Positions 14,140-28,569 of a DNA stretch of 64,000 bases are shown here, one piece after another. A program made the position numbers and the translations under genes. Positions within the stretch are counted from its first letter, which is position 1; each line of letters opens with the position of its first letter. The notes under the pieces were generated by a model. That model was not told the DNA's origin and ran no database searches. It saw nothing but the letters and a program-made list of their open reading frames with translations. The stretch lies in NCBI GenBank assembly GCA_002189035.1, contig NEEC01000010.1, forward strand, positions 1,426,001 to 1,490,000, in the 5' to 3' direction. The DNA comes from Utricularia gibba. Lineage: Eukaryota > Plantae > Magnoliophyta.

Positions 14140-15589
14140 CGAGGAATACAAAATGCTTTCGAGGGAGGAACCTGGGAGACAGAAAAATTGAATGTAGGTG
14201 AGGTGATAAAAGGAGTTTGATGAAGCAGTGAAAATGGCACAGAAGCAGGAGGCTTTCGTCGAAAAAGTGTACAAAACTCACATGCAAAGGTTGCTGTTGG
14301 AATCTTGCGCTTTTAGTTGACACACGTCACTCATGCATGAAAGATTCTTAAACAAGCAGCGTACACTTGTCACGATAATGATTTAAAATATATAATTTAT
14401 AGTAATTAATAATAAAAGTTACTCATATACTTCATTTTTTTACATTGAATTTACCAATGGTGACAAATGAATTTATAGAGTATTTCATTCTTATTTCACT
14501 GTGGTTGGGTGAAAGAAGTCATCAACCATTCAAATAACCAATACGTGTTGCTATCAAGTCCAAATAACAATTCTTGTGATATAATAGAATCTCTCTTGTT
14601 TTCATGATCACATAGTGGTTGGGTTAAACCCAAATATACCCTTCAAATGATTCCCTACTAATCAATTCCTATGAAATCAAGAACTTGATGCAACCATCCC
14701 TTGGCGCATTAAGCCTAAGCCTAACATAAACAAATTGGATTAATTCTATTTAAAATGGCTTCTTATTGTAAGTAGGAGCATTGCTGATTTCACCTTGAAT
14801 CACTTCATGGTTTTAGAGTAACTTTCTAGAATTCATATTAAAGCATTCATTGTTGTTGGTTGAAATTTCCTTTGGATTGCTTGTAACTAGAGTGTTATAT
14901 TGTTATATTGCTATTGTTACTATGATACGCTATGTGAATGAAGCTTCATCCTCATTATGATTTTATATGGACTGCAATTATAGTATTGCTACTTACTTGC
15001 CTATTATGATGAGCATTGACTTTTTAAATTATTTATCTCTATTGTAGAATTGTTTATATGATTTTCCCTTGTGACTGCATCATGAGTATTGCAAAATCAC
15101 TTCATCACCATGAGGAACTAAACGAAGGCTATTCCACCCAACTAGCAAACTAGTACATGTTTTAGGAATGCTATTTTCGACTAAAAGTAGAACATTGAAA
15201 TTAGAATAGACTATTTTTTATTTTTATTGGGATTTTAATTTCCTCTTACTTTCTATTTATCTTTGGCTTGCAGCATTGTGATCATAGAATTTTTTTTTTT
15301 TCGTTTTATGGTGTTTTAGTTATATCTTGTATGAGTAGTTGAGTTAGGAATAATATATTGGGAAGAAGTGGGAGGAATATTCATTTTTTATTCTAGTTTG
15401 GAAAATGATAATGTGTAATGTAAATCTTCTTAATTATCAAATATAGATTCATAAGCCTAAGAGAAAATAAACTCAAGTTAGAAAACCAAACCTAGACTTA
15501 GACCAATTGGTTGGAGATGTGGTTAAATAATTTTTTTTCTAATATAGAGATTGATGACACTTAATGGCCCATAGCAAAATATTTTATTT

Positions 15590-18500
15590 TAGGCATTTTT
15601 GACCTATACCAAAATGATTTATTCGATATACATGGTCTAAAATTTTTATGAAATAGTATATTTGATTCATTAAAAATTTATTACATCACATATTTGATTC
15701 ATAAAAGTTTAATTTACACTTTGACCTATAAAGTTTTATAACATGACATATTTGACTTAATGAAAATTCATAAAACTTTACAATCAGATTCGTTTGATCC
15801 ATTAAGTTTGTTGTTAATCCCCATCTACAGTGTCAAAGTGACATATTCAACCCAATAATTTGGCATACTTGCACCTTCTAGTTTAACAAATTGACATACT
15901 TAATCCCTGAATTTTGTGAAATGTGCATATTTAACCTACAAAATTTGAGAAATTGGCATAATTAATCCAACAAGTTTATCAAATTAGAATAATTAACCTA
16001 TAAAGTTTGACATAATTTTTAAAAAATCAAATCATCTTCAATAGAAAATGTTGGTCAATAAGTGCCTTATACTTCAGTTAATTTTCATCATTCTCATCAA
16101 TTGGGCTTTGATCAATCTGAAAGTCGTTTATATAACTTGGTACATTTTTCATATCTAGTACCCTTTGGAGGAACAAATGAAGTAGATTTCGTAGATAAAG
16201 AAATTTGTCATTGTCTTAGGTGCAATCCCATGAATAGGAGAAAATCGCTATTGAATTTTCATTCCAAACCCTACTATACACCTAGAATGAGGATTTGGAG
16301 GCTTGTGATTGCGCTGCAAACTAACAATTTATTTCTTTTCGATAATTTGTATATCTTCATATATATAATCTATATGTATACCTAGTTTTTCTTTATGTGA
16401 AGATGATGGCCGACTGGGTTTCCTACAGTTCCATTCAGGTTGAAGTAGTGGTAACTCGTTCATAGAAAGCCGTTCTTCAGCGTCCGGAAGGCTGAACATG
16501 TCATCGTCATTCATTTTTTGATAGATCGTACGTGTATATCTAAAGTTTGTGCATTCAATTAAAGTATAGTCCTCTAAAATCATAGAAACGGCGATGTGTT
16601 TACAAGGTATTCTTAAACATACAGTATGCAAAAATATTAAATACATAATTTCAAATTTTAATCATAAAATAAACTATTAAATACATAAAATATGAAAATT
16701 AAGAAAATACTAAACACACAATATCAATGCTTACCATAAAAATAACAATTGAATACCAAAAATATTCATAATAAAAAATATTAAATACATAATATTAATT
16801 CATACCATAAAACTAATAATAGAATAACAAATATTAATATTACAAATAATAAACATTATAGTATAAATTATTATTATATGATTAACTATAAAATAAAAAA
16901 TATTGATATACAAAATAAATTATAATTTCAATTCTAACAATATAATTAACTATTGAATATTCAAAATATTGATACAAAAAAATCTATAATACTGAACATA
17001 AAAAATAATAGATATATGTAATTTCTCATACTCTATAATTATAATCATGCTTAATCAATCACATGGTATAATTTTTTTGTCCTCTTCGATTACAAGTAAT
17101 TATCTCAATCATAAAAGTTTATATGTTTTGCTTAGAATATCATCAATTCTCATACATAAATCTCCATGTAGTCTTAATATGTTTCTATGATGCTTCACAA
17201 ACTAATTGTAGACCTTGTAGTTAATCCGTTCCAAAAGATTGATTAGGTTCAGCCTCCTAACATCTTTAAGGGCCGAATTAAATAACCCTGAGCTATTATT
17301 CTTCAAAATGACACACTTGTTGCTTCAATCAAAAGAAGTCTCGATACCATTGGGATGGTAAAATACCATGCATATACTTGGATACTTTTAGATTGCATTT
17401 CTTAAGTACCTCCATAGCATACCTAAATTGACTAGGTGATATAGGTTGAGTAGTAACCAACAAATGGTCCTTCAAAATGGTCATTAATTTCGTTGACATA
17501 TTCTTATCGAGATGGACCTCCAAAGTAAAACAGCAAAATGTCAAATAAACATTCTTAATTTATAATTTATAATGTATATATCGCAAATAACATTGCAGGA
17601 ACACAGTTCAAAACTATGATTAATGACTCCTATGTCTTCTTTGAATACCATAGTTTTCATCAAGCAATTTCATGAACCAAGTCAAAGCAGCCAAAGTTTC
17701 ATCGCCAACAATACCTTATGCAAGGAGAAAACTTCATTATTCAACTACGAGACTATCGTCATTAACACTTTTCTGTTCAATTTACTCGATATATGCATGT
17801 CATCCACTCATATCACATTATCGTCATACATATGAAATCTATTTTTACAAGTCTATAATTAACGCATAAATTACAAAAACACAAAAAAATGAACCAAAAT
17901 AGTGATATTTAGATTGATTAAAAAATATGAATATAAGTCAATTATAAATAAAAATAATCAACCAAATATTGTCACATAATCCAATAAAATAACTATAATT
18001 AAAAACCTAAATTATCATTATATAATAAATAAAACATACTTTTAAATTAAAATTAAAATTTCAACAATAATTATACAATAAATCTTTCAATATCAATCAA
18101 TAAAGCAACAGAAAATATATATAAAAAATGCTATAAAATTATAAGTAAATCCACAAATATGTAACAAAATTGTTCTAAAATACATAGTTTAGATCAAAAG
18201 TAAAATCCTTATATCTTACTTCTTCTATCATCACCATCATCTATTTCCAAAATTGGAATGATATCATCTTTATTCGATGCCTCATATTATTCATAATAAC
18301 TTCGGAAGCCGCTTGAAATCATTTTTCATAATTTCAACAATAATTAGATTCATAACCTTGGTTGATTGATGATTAATGAGTCTATTCATGTACATGTTTT
18401 CAAGCCGATACGTATTTACCGATTTGTTATTCGCATGACACTTTTTATAGGCATTTCCAAGCCGATGCGCATTCTCTATCAATAGTCTCTATAGAGAGTG

Positions 18501-19110
18501 ACTTCATGAACACTCCAATTCATCTTTGTTGTTAACTTCTCGTACACCTTCTACGGTCATGCTATTCTTTCACTATCTCTACAAAAAGTAATCAATAATT
18601 TAAATGCTAAAAACAATAATAATACAATTTAATCAAAAACAAACTATACTTACACAAGTTTTTGTATTCGAACACCATCACTTTCCATCTTTACAATATT
18701 CAAAAGGACTTCACTTATTTCATTACGAGAAACTTCTGATTGTACTACTTCAAACACTGTAACTTCCAAAGCTTTTCCATAATGATTGTTCTCAACGAAG
18801 AATTGGTTGTCGAGAATTTCATAGTATGCCTTCTCGCTTCCATAGTTTAATTCAAATTCTCTTTCATACTCTACGTGATTATCCATACCTACAACATTTA
18901 TAAGTTAAATATACCCATCCATGAAACTACATGGATACATTATGCTTAGTTATGAAAATTTTTGGATCTATTATACTCCAAACTTATAACTTTTAAGTCG
19001 AATATGTAATTATTACAATAGATGATTATTTACGTTTTTTAGATTAATTGATTTATGTGTTTTATATCAAAAAATAGGACTTTGAGTTAATTATAATATT
19101 TTTAGTAATA
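15590..19110 (-). mobile_element. Degenerate Mutator-like (MULE/MuDR) transposon
   Basis: Minus-strand remnants occur in the correct order. VI*VDDMHISSKLNRKVLMTIVS*LNNEVFSL at about 17810-17720 is the MULE DDE region. EVHLDKNM...FRYAMEVLKKCNLKVSKYMHGILPSQWYRDFF lies at 17544-17329, then NNSSGLFNSALKDVRRLNLINLLERI at about 17300-17220, then SWIM-like IPCKHIAV...PLLQPEWNCRKPSRP at 16610-16400. Many stops and frameshifts. Ends are approximate. Confidence 0.8.
15650..16015. repeat. Degenerate ~31-bp periodic repeats (probable MULE terminal region)
   Basis: Units such as ggcatacttgcaccttctagtttaacaaatt, gacatacttaatccctgaattttgtgaaatgt and ggcataattaatccaacaagtttatcaaatt. An inverted-sense copy (aacttttaagtcgaatatgt) lies at 18988-19007. 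Confidence 0.55.
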
Positions 19111-19858
19111 TTATATTAGTTTTATCTTTTATTTGAATCTAGTATTAAAATTTAATCCCAATTTATAATTAATCATATATGCATGAACACAACTGTAATG
19201 AGGAAATTGAAGTACGGCACAAAGAAGAAATATAAGATTTTTCATTGGGTTTATCAAGAAACAATCATAGGAATATTATTCTTAACTTTGAGTAGACATA
19301 AACAATTTATTCACTTTTATTGGAAATTTAATTTATTTAGCTTCTGCTGATCTTTTATGTTTGTTGTCTGATACTAATGTGCTTCTGATATGGCACTCCT
19401 ATGTTTCATGTCTTTATTCTAGGATGTTCTGAATAGAAACATCAAGATTCTAGAACTTCAGATGAAGACATAACTTCGTTCTTTTCCATCATGACAGCAT
19501 TACCTCACGACGCAGGTTCAATGCCTTGTTGCTTCATAATAATTGCTACACTCTTGGATACTGTTTGGGATTTTAATGGATCTGGTCTGGTTAGAACTTA
19601 TGCACAGATCGTAAATTAAGTGTGAAACTGGGAATTTGATGCAAAAGACGTCATTGATGCACATGTCTGAGTTAATTCATTCTTACAGTATCCTTAGTTT
19701 GTGGTTTCTGATTAGGGTGATTGTTCGATCCAATCGTTTTGTTAGTTCCATGGAATTTGATGTTAGAAGACCCTTTAGCAGACTTGCTTCCAATTCAAAA
19801 ATATACCCATTTTAATCGACTGGTGCTTGCTTCAATAGTACATGGATGTGATCCCACC

Positions 19859-20924
19859 TCAAGCAAGACTGAAGGACGAAGCTGCCGTCTCAACAAACTG
19901 GCGCGCCCCTTTGAACCAGCGCTTATCCCCGGCTTGCGCTTTGCAGATGTAGAGCTTCCCATCGCTGACAGCCGCCGTGAGAAGTTGGTGCCGCCCGCCT
20001 TCGGTTCCATCGGCGGTTCTCGTCAGCACCGACAAGAAGTAGTACTGCTTCCCGCCAACCTCAGGAGTCGATGATTCCAGAATGTTTGCCGAAGCCACAA
20101 GCCCCGAGCCAAATCCTCCCTGAAAGAAATGTTAAAACTTTTAGTTGATCACTAAAAATCGTCAAAAAAGAAAAAAAGATGCCAACTTTGTACCTCTGAA
20201 TCCGTTTTGCCGGAGTAGGCCTGCTTGCCCAGCAGATAGTCCACCTGAAAGTGGAAACCCATGCTATTACAACCCATCCATGATCATATCGAATAAAAAT
20301 GAAGACCGGTATGGAGCTGGGTGTGCGTGTGGATAGCTATTTCATAAACTAGAAATCTTGAACTTTGAGATGTACCTGAGAGAGGAATTGCTCCGGGGAG
20401 CCGTAGTCGGCGATCGATTTCTTGTCGGTCGGGTGACGGAGACGATGACGTTGGTGGTGGAATCGAAGTTGTCCTCGTACCTCAGGACCTGGCCGGGGTA
20501 TTCCACTTCGCCGCTGGGGTTCCATTTCGAAGGGATCGAGAGTTTGAATCCTTCTCCGGCGTAGGGACTGAACTCGGTGTTGGTCTTTGGCTTCGCAAAA
20601 ATGTTGGCTGCAACGCATTTCAATTCAGACACACACACCACTAGCAGGGCAAATGAAATGATTAACTTATGGGTTAATCGGCTTTGTGGCGGGGCAGTTA
20701 CCGGCTTCTCCATACGCTGCATCGGCAGGGGATACTTTGGAACCGACGGCAGCAGCGCCAATGAGGACGGTCAGAGCCAATCTACGGGACACCGTGCCGT
20801 CGGCCTCCGCCGCCTGGCAGACGACGCGTCCCGGAACTAGGCGGCGACCGGAGGAGGATCCGGCAGTTGGCTTGCAGAAGGCGGCGGCGTGGCTGTGGAG
20901 AAACAACGCTGTGGAGGAAGCCAT
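19859..20924 (-). CDS. PSBP: Oxygen-evolving enhancer protein 2 (PsbP), with one apparent -1 homopolymer frameshift
   Basis: Bipartite transit peptide with SRR and ADA|AYGEA, then [28 protein letters not shown] and [18 protein letters not shown]. Four exons. One C is missing at 20431-20433 (VT-P-TDKK). Confidence 0.95.
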
Positions 20925-20998
20925 TTTCCGCTACGATTTGGGGATGATCTGCTCGCCAGTCGTTCTTATTCTGTATTCTATGGATTTATGCCTTGTGT

Positions 20999-21066
20999 GC
21001 CACGTGGCGACGACATATTGGCTGCTATGCGATTCTGGTGATGAGGTTCTTCCTCAAGAGGATAAG
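20999..21066. promoter_or_regulatory. G-box plus I-box light-responsive module upstream of PsbP
   Basis: Perfect palindrome GCCACGTGGC at 20999-21008 and GATAAG at 21061-21066, 75-140 bp upstream of the PsbP ATG. Confidence 0.6.
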
Positions 21067-22106
21067 ATGATCGATGTGGTTGCTTTTGTGGGACCGCAAT
21101 TTTCAGATTATTTTTAAGCGCGTATTCATTTATTGAATTACTGGAATTTATACGAATATCCACTTCAGATATATATTCAATTTTTTTAAAAATATTTTTT
21201 TAATTCTTTTTTATGAATTTGTTTTTGCGGCATAAAAGAACATCCTCAAACGTCTGTACTTTTTTTTCTAGTTTTTTGAAAAAATAATTTTATAAAATAT
21301 ATTCATAAATTATAAATAAAATGAAATTTAAATATGATGAGGTCTAAATCGGAGTGGGATAATCGGTTCCTGAAAAGTAATTAAAAGGTGTTCTAACACT
21401 CTGGTGCAGGTCAATAGACCGATCATTGTTAGAGTTTGTTAATAGCGTACGTTTTGGATAGACTTAAAAGTAGCCGAATTATGGCAGTGCCAAAGTAGTA
21501 TACGTTTATCTGAATACAAAATCACAGTATGTATACAGGCGTAGAAAACAACCGACACTTGCAGAATTTAGAATTCAGCCAATGTAGTGGTTTTTCTGTT
21601 TTCCAGCGATTTTCATGTAAAAAAACTCATCGGCTATCTTCATTCCTATTAATCGCACCAAGTCAAACGCTTAAAATACAATCGGATAGGACGCATCCGA
21701 TCGTATCCATAACTTGAAAATCAACCCCTATCCGAGTAGCGATTTTCATACCCAACAAAATACTTAGCTGTTTATTTCATTGAAATTCATATTAAAAATA
21801 CATTTGAAATATATTGTACTTGTAAAAAAAACAATGCAGAATCAATTTATTAACAATTATAAATAAAATTTTTATTTCAAAAAGAAATAATAATTTTATT
21901 CATGTTGACGATGAAATAATATGTTAGAATGATGTTATTACGATAACTTTTCAAGAATCAAAACTCATCAAAAAAGTATGCTATGCACAACGTAGATACG
22001 TATAATTAGAATAATTATTATTTTTAAAAAATTAAAAACACGGGGTGGCGTTCTGGGTGAGTTCCCTCCCATTCTGGGTATCCAGAATGAGATTCGCAAG
22101 TCCTGG

Positions 22107-22111
<5 letters not shown>

Positions 22112-22152
<41 letters not shown>
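22112..22152. repeat. (AT)n microsatellite, about 20 units
   Basis: Uninterrupted AT dinucleotide run. Confidence 0.95.
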
Positions 22153-22154
<2 letters not shown>

Positions 22155-22374
22155 AACGGTTAAAGGAGTAGCAGCTCACTAAGGAATTCACCAGCAAACT
22201 ACATAAGACTAGTAAATAAACGGGAGAACTTGGAAGAGATGGCAGATGACTGAGAGGAGGTGAACGAGAAACAAACCTTCACCAACAACTGACTGAAACT
22301 ACAGGTGGAACTCCAGGCCTTAAAATTCTACCCCAGTTTTTTCCTATGGCTTCAAACACAAACGCTATATAGTT

Positions 22375-25300
22375 TCAGCCTCGGACCAATTCAGGGTCCA
22401 CCTGCCCACTGCTTCCACTGGGGATGTTAAACCCAGTGATGGGCATTGATCGCTGACCAAAGTTAAGTAAAAGTTTCTTCTGGCTATCATCTGTATGCGG
22501 AAGACTAGCATGCAGGAGTTCCACAGGCATCTCCTTGCTGATGGCTCTTGCAGCCTCGGACCCAAGGGCATCTGAGTTAACTACCCTTTGAGCAATTACT
22601 TGGAGGATGCTATCATATTTGCTGACACAGTACTTGGTCAGGAGACTGAAGAAAGCATCGAAGGAGGCCTGCCACAGTGTTCGATAAGGATTGTTGAAGT
22701 TGCGGGCTAACTGATGGTCTGTGAGCAGGTATGTTGCTCTTTCTAGAACAGATTTCAGGATGACAGAGGCGCCATCTCCAGCAACACTACCGATGGGGCG
22801 CAGCGGTGGTTGCTCAGAGGAGCAGACAACAGCAGCCAGACAGGCGCTGAGTGATCGAAGATCCATTCCACTTACAGAAAGAGAGACTTTTTTCACTAGT
22901 TCATTGATGGTTGATGCGGTTTCAGGGTCAGGTGGCATACCTCCGAACAGGAATCTTAGATGGCAGAGAACAGCCATGCAGGTAATTCTGGCAAGTTCGC
23001 TACCAGGCAAAAGAAGGTGAAGAAACTTCACTATGAGCTTGCAGCCCTTGCAGACAGAGACTACTCGTAGAAACACAGCATAATCTTTGGGAGACCGACC
23101 GTCATAACTCCCACTTTTCCCGAGGGGATCAACAAGCTTAAGAGATGCAGCTAAGCCTTCTAAAAGTGCCTGCCGCCTCCTCCTGAGCTGGCTCCCTCCA
23201 TCTTGTGGTTGAGTACATTTCAAGAGCCTGTCGATATCATCCACATCCAATAAAAGACACAATCCTTCTTCGATTATGACCCTAGCTGCAAACATCGGCT
23301 CCTTTTCTAAAGGCTTCTCATACAATTTCTGGTCTTTGTCACCATTACTAGAACCACAAGTAGGTGCGTCAGACTCAAGAAGAGATTGAAGCCTGCGAAG
23401 TGAAGAAAAGCAAACCCTGCCAAAAGCGTCAACCTGTAAGTGTCCCTGTGAGTCAGAGCCACTGCGGGATCGAGAAGATTGCTCCTTTTGGTGAGATGGA
23501 CAAAAATGATACTTTGTCATCATCTGAGAATATTTCTTAGCAAGTTGGGCTTGATGGTAATAATCATCCTTGTATGGATCATTCCCATGATTGGAAGAAT
23601 GCTGCATCTTGAGAATGCCATCTATTTCTTCAGCATTCATGTACTTCGATCTGAATTGCACCAGACTACCACAACTTTTGTCAGCGCCGGCATCAGATCC
23701 TCGATGGCCAGACTGTTTTGAGTGTCTACTTTTCTGCGCTGACTTGGATTTTGTGTCTCTCTTGCTTGTCAACCCATGCTTGTTCAAATATGAAGGCGAT
23801 GGAAAGGTATTGAATATCTGGGCCTGCACTCCCGAGGAATTGAGTAATGAAGCCTCAAATAATCTCTGCTGGTAATGAGGCAATAAAAGTGATGGTGGGT
23901 GTGGGTTTTGATACTGATATTGAGGGTAGCTGTTTAAGAGGATAGAAGGATCCCATGCAGAACTCCAGCATGAGTGCTAAACTCATTTTGGAATAGATTT
24001 CGGTGAGAAATATCAGGCAAGGCTACATAGGGTGTGCTTGTTTTATGACGAAACCCCCCATATGGCAGGCCATGCAAGTACGCTGCATGATTAGCTGACT
24101 GAGAGCTCTTTGGAAGTGAATATGCAGACTTAAGAACACCGGAAACCAATGGAGAATTAAGATGGACATCATGTTCTGAAACTTGCGGAGAACCAGGAGG
24201 AGGGAATGAGGTAAAAGATGATTTTGGCAGGAAGTGTGGCTCACTCGTATAAAACTGCATAGGTTGGTGATCATGAGGGCAAGAAGATGCTCGATATAAA
24301 GGCCTTGGTTCAGATGGAAAAGCTGAAGAAATATGAGACTGTGAAGACCAATGATGACAATCCTCATAGTTTTCAGGATCGGATGCTTGATAATCATGCC
24401 AATCTGCTTCTCTGGCAAATTCTGTGGCCGATGAACCTGCAATGAAAACGATTGACCACACTGAAGCTTTCACATATGATGAGACAAAAAATGAAAATAC
24501 TTGGAAGACGAAGTATTTTGATTTTTCCTTTCTGGAAAATGATAAGGATAAAAATTTCGGTAAACAAAAACTCACTTTCCCTAGAGAAAGATCCAGAAGT
24601 TCTATCACCAATAACACCAGGATGTCTTGGACCAGAAACAGTTTTGTTCAACTGCAATAAGGTACGCTAAGTCAGCATGATTGCTTTGAAAGTTTCCATA
24701 CATCACAAAAACTAAAAAGAAAAAAGGAAATGGAAAAATTCCAACACAAAAAACAATACAACAAAATCCATTCAGTCTTTCGAAAACAGATTGCTCATGC
24801 AATTGTGAAAGTAATAAGAATACCAGAAAATTCACATGTCAGCTAGAATATAGAAACCATGAAAAAAATAAAATGCCATAGTACATAAAAAAACTGCACT
24901 ATGAGGCAAGAATTTGTGGAGTTTGAAAGTGCTTTTTTTGAAATCATTCCCAAAATGCATCCCACAAAAAAAAGTTACAATCCCTTTTTCTAGTGCCCTG
25001 GGCACAATAAGCGACATCACTTTCAACACCATTATACCACTAACTACATCCATCTGTGAAATTGGGAAGGTTTCACCTTTGCGAATGTTGTAGCTAGATC
25101 ATCTATCTCCGATAAAGAATCCATTCCTAAGCCCTGGAAGAAAGTGAGCAAACTAGAGTTAGCTGAAACTCACGAAAAAAAAAACTTCCATAAAAGGATT
25201 AGAATTTCTAAATGAAGAAGAAACAAACAACAAATGAAAGCCATCGATATGCATCCGACATCACGAAGAACTGCAAACCAGATATAATTCTAATTCATTA

Positions 25301-25713
25301 TCCTCAAAGAAACTCAAGAGAATTTTCGAGTTTTACCCCATCTTTGTCGAACAATCGGTAGTCATTAAACTCATCCCACCCACCAAACCCATTTCCCCTC
25401 GCAGAAGAGCCCTCCCCTTCATCCTCCTCCAAACCTCCCAGTTCCAGTTCATCAATTATATCTTTCCCAAAGAAATCATATTGCGAAGCATCAAACTTCG
25501 CACAACCTGCATTGACATAAAGTCAAACCAGCAGAAACAGCAACAAGCCCACTATTCTCAGCAGGTCAATTTCACCAGAACGAAAAGAAAAAAGAAGAAC
25601 GACTAAAAATCAAAGAAAGCCCAGATTCAAGTACGAAGAAACCCACCTGAAACAAAGCTAGATGAGTCGGACAGAGCCAAGTCCTCGAAATTTCTCCCAT
25701 CAGATCCGTCCAT
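22375..25713 (-). CDS. PAT1: PAT1 homolog (mRNA decapping activator), with one apparent -1 homopolymer frameshift
   Basis: Five exons: MDGSDGRNF..., [10 protein letters not shown]...[33 protein letters not shown], and a long final exon with [11 protein letters not shown]...[23 protein letters not shown] and [13 protein letters not shown]. One G is missing at 23952-23954 (LHG-DPSILL). Confidence 0.93.
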
Positions 25714-28569
25714 GATTAGAACCCCAACGACAATCAAAGATGATAACTACATCTTACAACCCGAATCCACCCCGTTGTCTGGGTTAACAAGCAAGCAATC
25801 AAACCAGCACACGTTAACCCACTAAGCCAGCTTCCCCCCCAAGTGCGCATCCGTACAAAATCGATGAGCTCCATCTAGAAGAATGGGATTCCTGTATATA
25901 TAATTGCTTTGCGTATCGATCACGCGGTGGCCGGTGAAGGGTGAAACGCAGGAATCCACTGGCGAGAGGATCCGCGGTGTGTTCGAGGGCTGCAAGATAT
26001 TTTATTACTATTATTTTTCTCCTCGGTTGAGGCTCAGCTTCTTTTAATTAGGTCTCTCAACAATAAAGCATATCATTATCGCAACTATAATTATTTCCAT
26101 ACATTTATTCTAAAAATGCCAAAAATTAGGAAATCAATTGCTCTCTCTCTCTCCTCTCATCAATTTATATATAGAGTAATATTTTAATTCAATATTAAAT
26201 AAAATCTGATTAATATAAATCATTTTATATATAACGATATTATTCATTTTACCTACTCAATTATCAAAATTTTATGTTTTCTCCATAGTTCACTAGCATA
26301 TTCTTAATAAGTTACTAATCTTTAAATTAATTCAAACCCAATATATTTAATTTTAAAATTCATATCAAGTAAGTTCGATCGAATTTAAAAACAAAATTTC
26401 ATTCAAATTTTACATAATTATTTTATTTAAATCTTTTCTTATCGATAAACAACTTGAGATTCGCATAAGTTAATGTTGTCACCGTTTTTTACATAGCATC
26501 CTTATAGGATACGTGTTATAGTTGGTTTAAAATTTAATTTATAAAACTGAATTTGAAATTTTTATAATTAAAATATATTTAGGTATCAGAGGCAACCTCG
26601 AACAAATACCAATTATGGGATAAAGAGATATTTAGTTAGAACGTTAAGTGTTTAAAATATAGAGAATATAAAATCATAGATCTGATGATATATTTAAATA
26701 AAAGAATACTTCTAATCATTTACAAATTTTTTTTCTAGACAATAAAAATGTAAAATCGTGAGAATTGAATATCTAAAACGAACAATATCATAATGAATTA
26801 TGACAATGAATTCAATACATAACAATTTTTGAATTATGATACAAACACACACACACAAATTAAATTGTAAAAAAAGTTAGCTTAAAATTGGTATAATATA
26901 TCAAATATTTACTTTAAATAAACCACCATTCAACTAACCCACCTATAGACAGTTGTTACATGAATAGTAATGTCCGCGATTGTGTTTTTCTTTGTTAAAA
27001 AAATACTATTATCGTAATAAATTGAAGTAATTATGGCCTAATTAATAATGTCTCTATAGTGCTCATGGCCCCAACTCTAGTCCATCTATTCATTTTAATT
27101 CCACAAGCCATATGCTATAGTTCCACGTATTTATAGAAATATTTTTCCTCCTCCATCTATATATAATTAGGTCTCCTTTCGTACTACACGAAATATTATT
27201 TGTTAATCACATGTTTATTAATAATGGTTTAGCACTAATCAATTTTTAACTTAAACCTAACACAAACCCATATGTTAGGTGTATTTAGTTAATTTCATGA
27301 TTTTAAAATATAATATTGTTTTCATTTAATTATCTATTATAGATATTTTAATAATATTGTATATAAATTTATTTATAAAATTTTCTACAAAACACGCTTG
27401 TGATAATATAATTTTTTTTATCATGTTTTTTCAAATCTTTCATTTTTATGTAAATTAATCTCAATCTTATTTAAAATATAACAAATTAACATATTATACC
27501 AAACAAATAATAATAATCTAATCTACTGCGGCAATTTCAAAAAAAAAGTTATAAACTATTGGTATATAACAAGATAAAAGCATTAATTACTACATCTTGA
27601 ATTCAAATGTTTAAATTTCGGAAAACGCAGTGGGATAATCCCGTGATTCTCACCCCCACCGACTCTCCTGTCGGCCACAACCTATAAAATTGGTATTTTT
27701 TCGGTGTATTTTAATAATAAGAAATACTTTTAAATTTCTGTTTTTATATAGCAAAGTCAATTTATATCTGATAACGAAACTGTTTATAAGATTCTTTTCT
27801 CAAAAATAAAAAGTATTAGAAAGAGGACTTATATACATCTTTATTATTGGTGTAATTATCACTTGCATTTTATATTAATCTCCATTAGTGCTATGAAAAT
27901 GACAACACTAGTGAGTCAATGATAGCCGCGGGTTTCTATCCCAATGATTTAATATACAATGTATATTATTTTATCCAGTGTCAATTTCATATAATTAACT
28001 AGTTTTTTTAAAAAAAAATAGAAAATAATGTATATAGTAATTACATGATATTTAAATGGTGGTGAGGGGTACATGGAATGCACACGCACACAGTCTGGGG
28101 CATGACCAATTTATTCGGTTCAACAATTAAAACTGCGTAGTTACGTATCAAATGATAACCAAATTGATAAGTAAACATGATTAGTGGCTATCAATTCTTA
28201 ACATCAACATCCCTAGAAGAGTCATCAAAGATTAAGGAGGTGAAATTGAAATATTTTATTTTTTTACAAAGAAAATTTTCAATATTTTGAAGTGCTCTAC
28301 TGAATCATTTATGAATTTTGTCGTTGGATTTTTTTCTGAATAAAAAATAATCAATTTTTTAACATATATAGACCAAGCCTATTAATAGCACATTGGGACA
28401 CGTGTTTTAGGGTCATTTATAACATTAAGTATTATCAAATTATCTCTCACACATTTAACCAAAAAATATACTTATTTTTTTAATACAATATTTGACGTAT
28501 GATCAAATTTTTAATTCATATAGTATTTTAAGTCAAATTTAATCTCTGTTGCAATCTAAGGAAAAAAAA

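Noticed and set aside
14600-15300. Moderately GC-rich segment that might be a TE or gene fragment
   Set aside because: I could not find a convincing protein motif in the frames I translated.
19410-19470. Possible orphan terminal exon (ttctag|DVLNRNIKILELQMKT*)
   Set aside because: Too short to distinguish from chance, and no upstream exons were found.
21683-21703. Hairpin ATCGGAT-N7-ATCCGAT
   Set aside because: A 7-bp stem is expected by chance, with no RNA-gene context.
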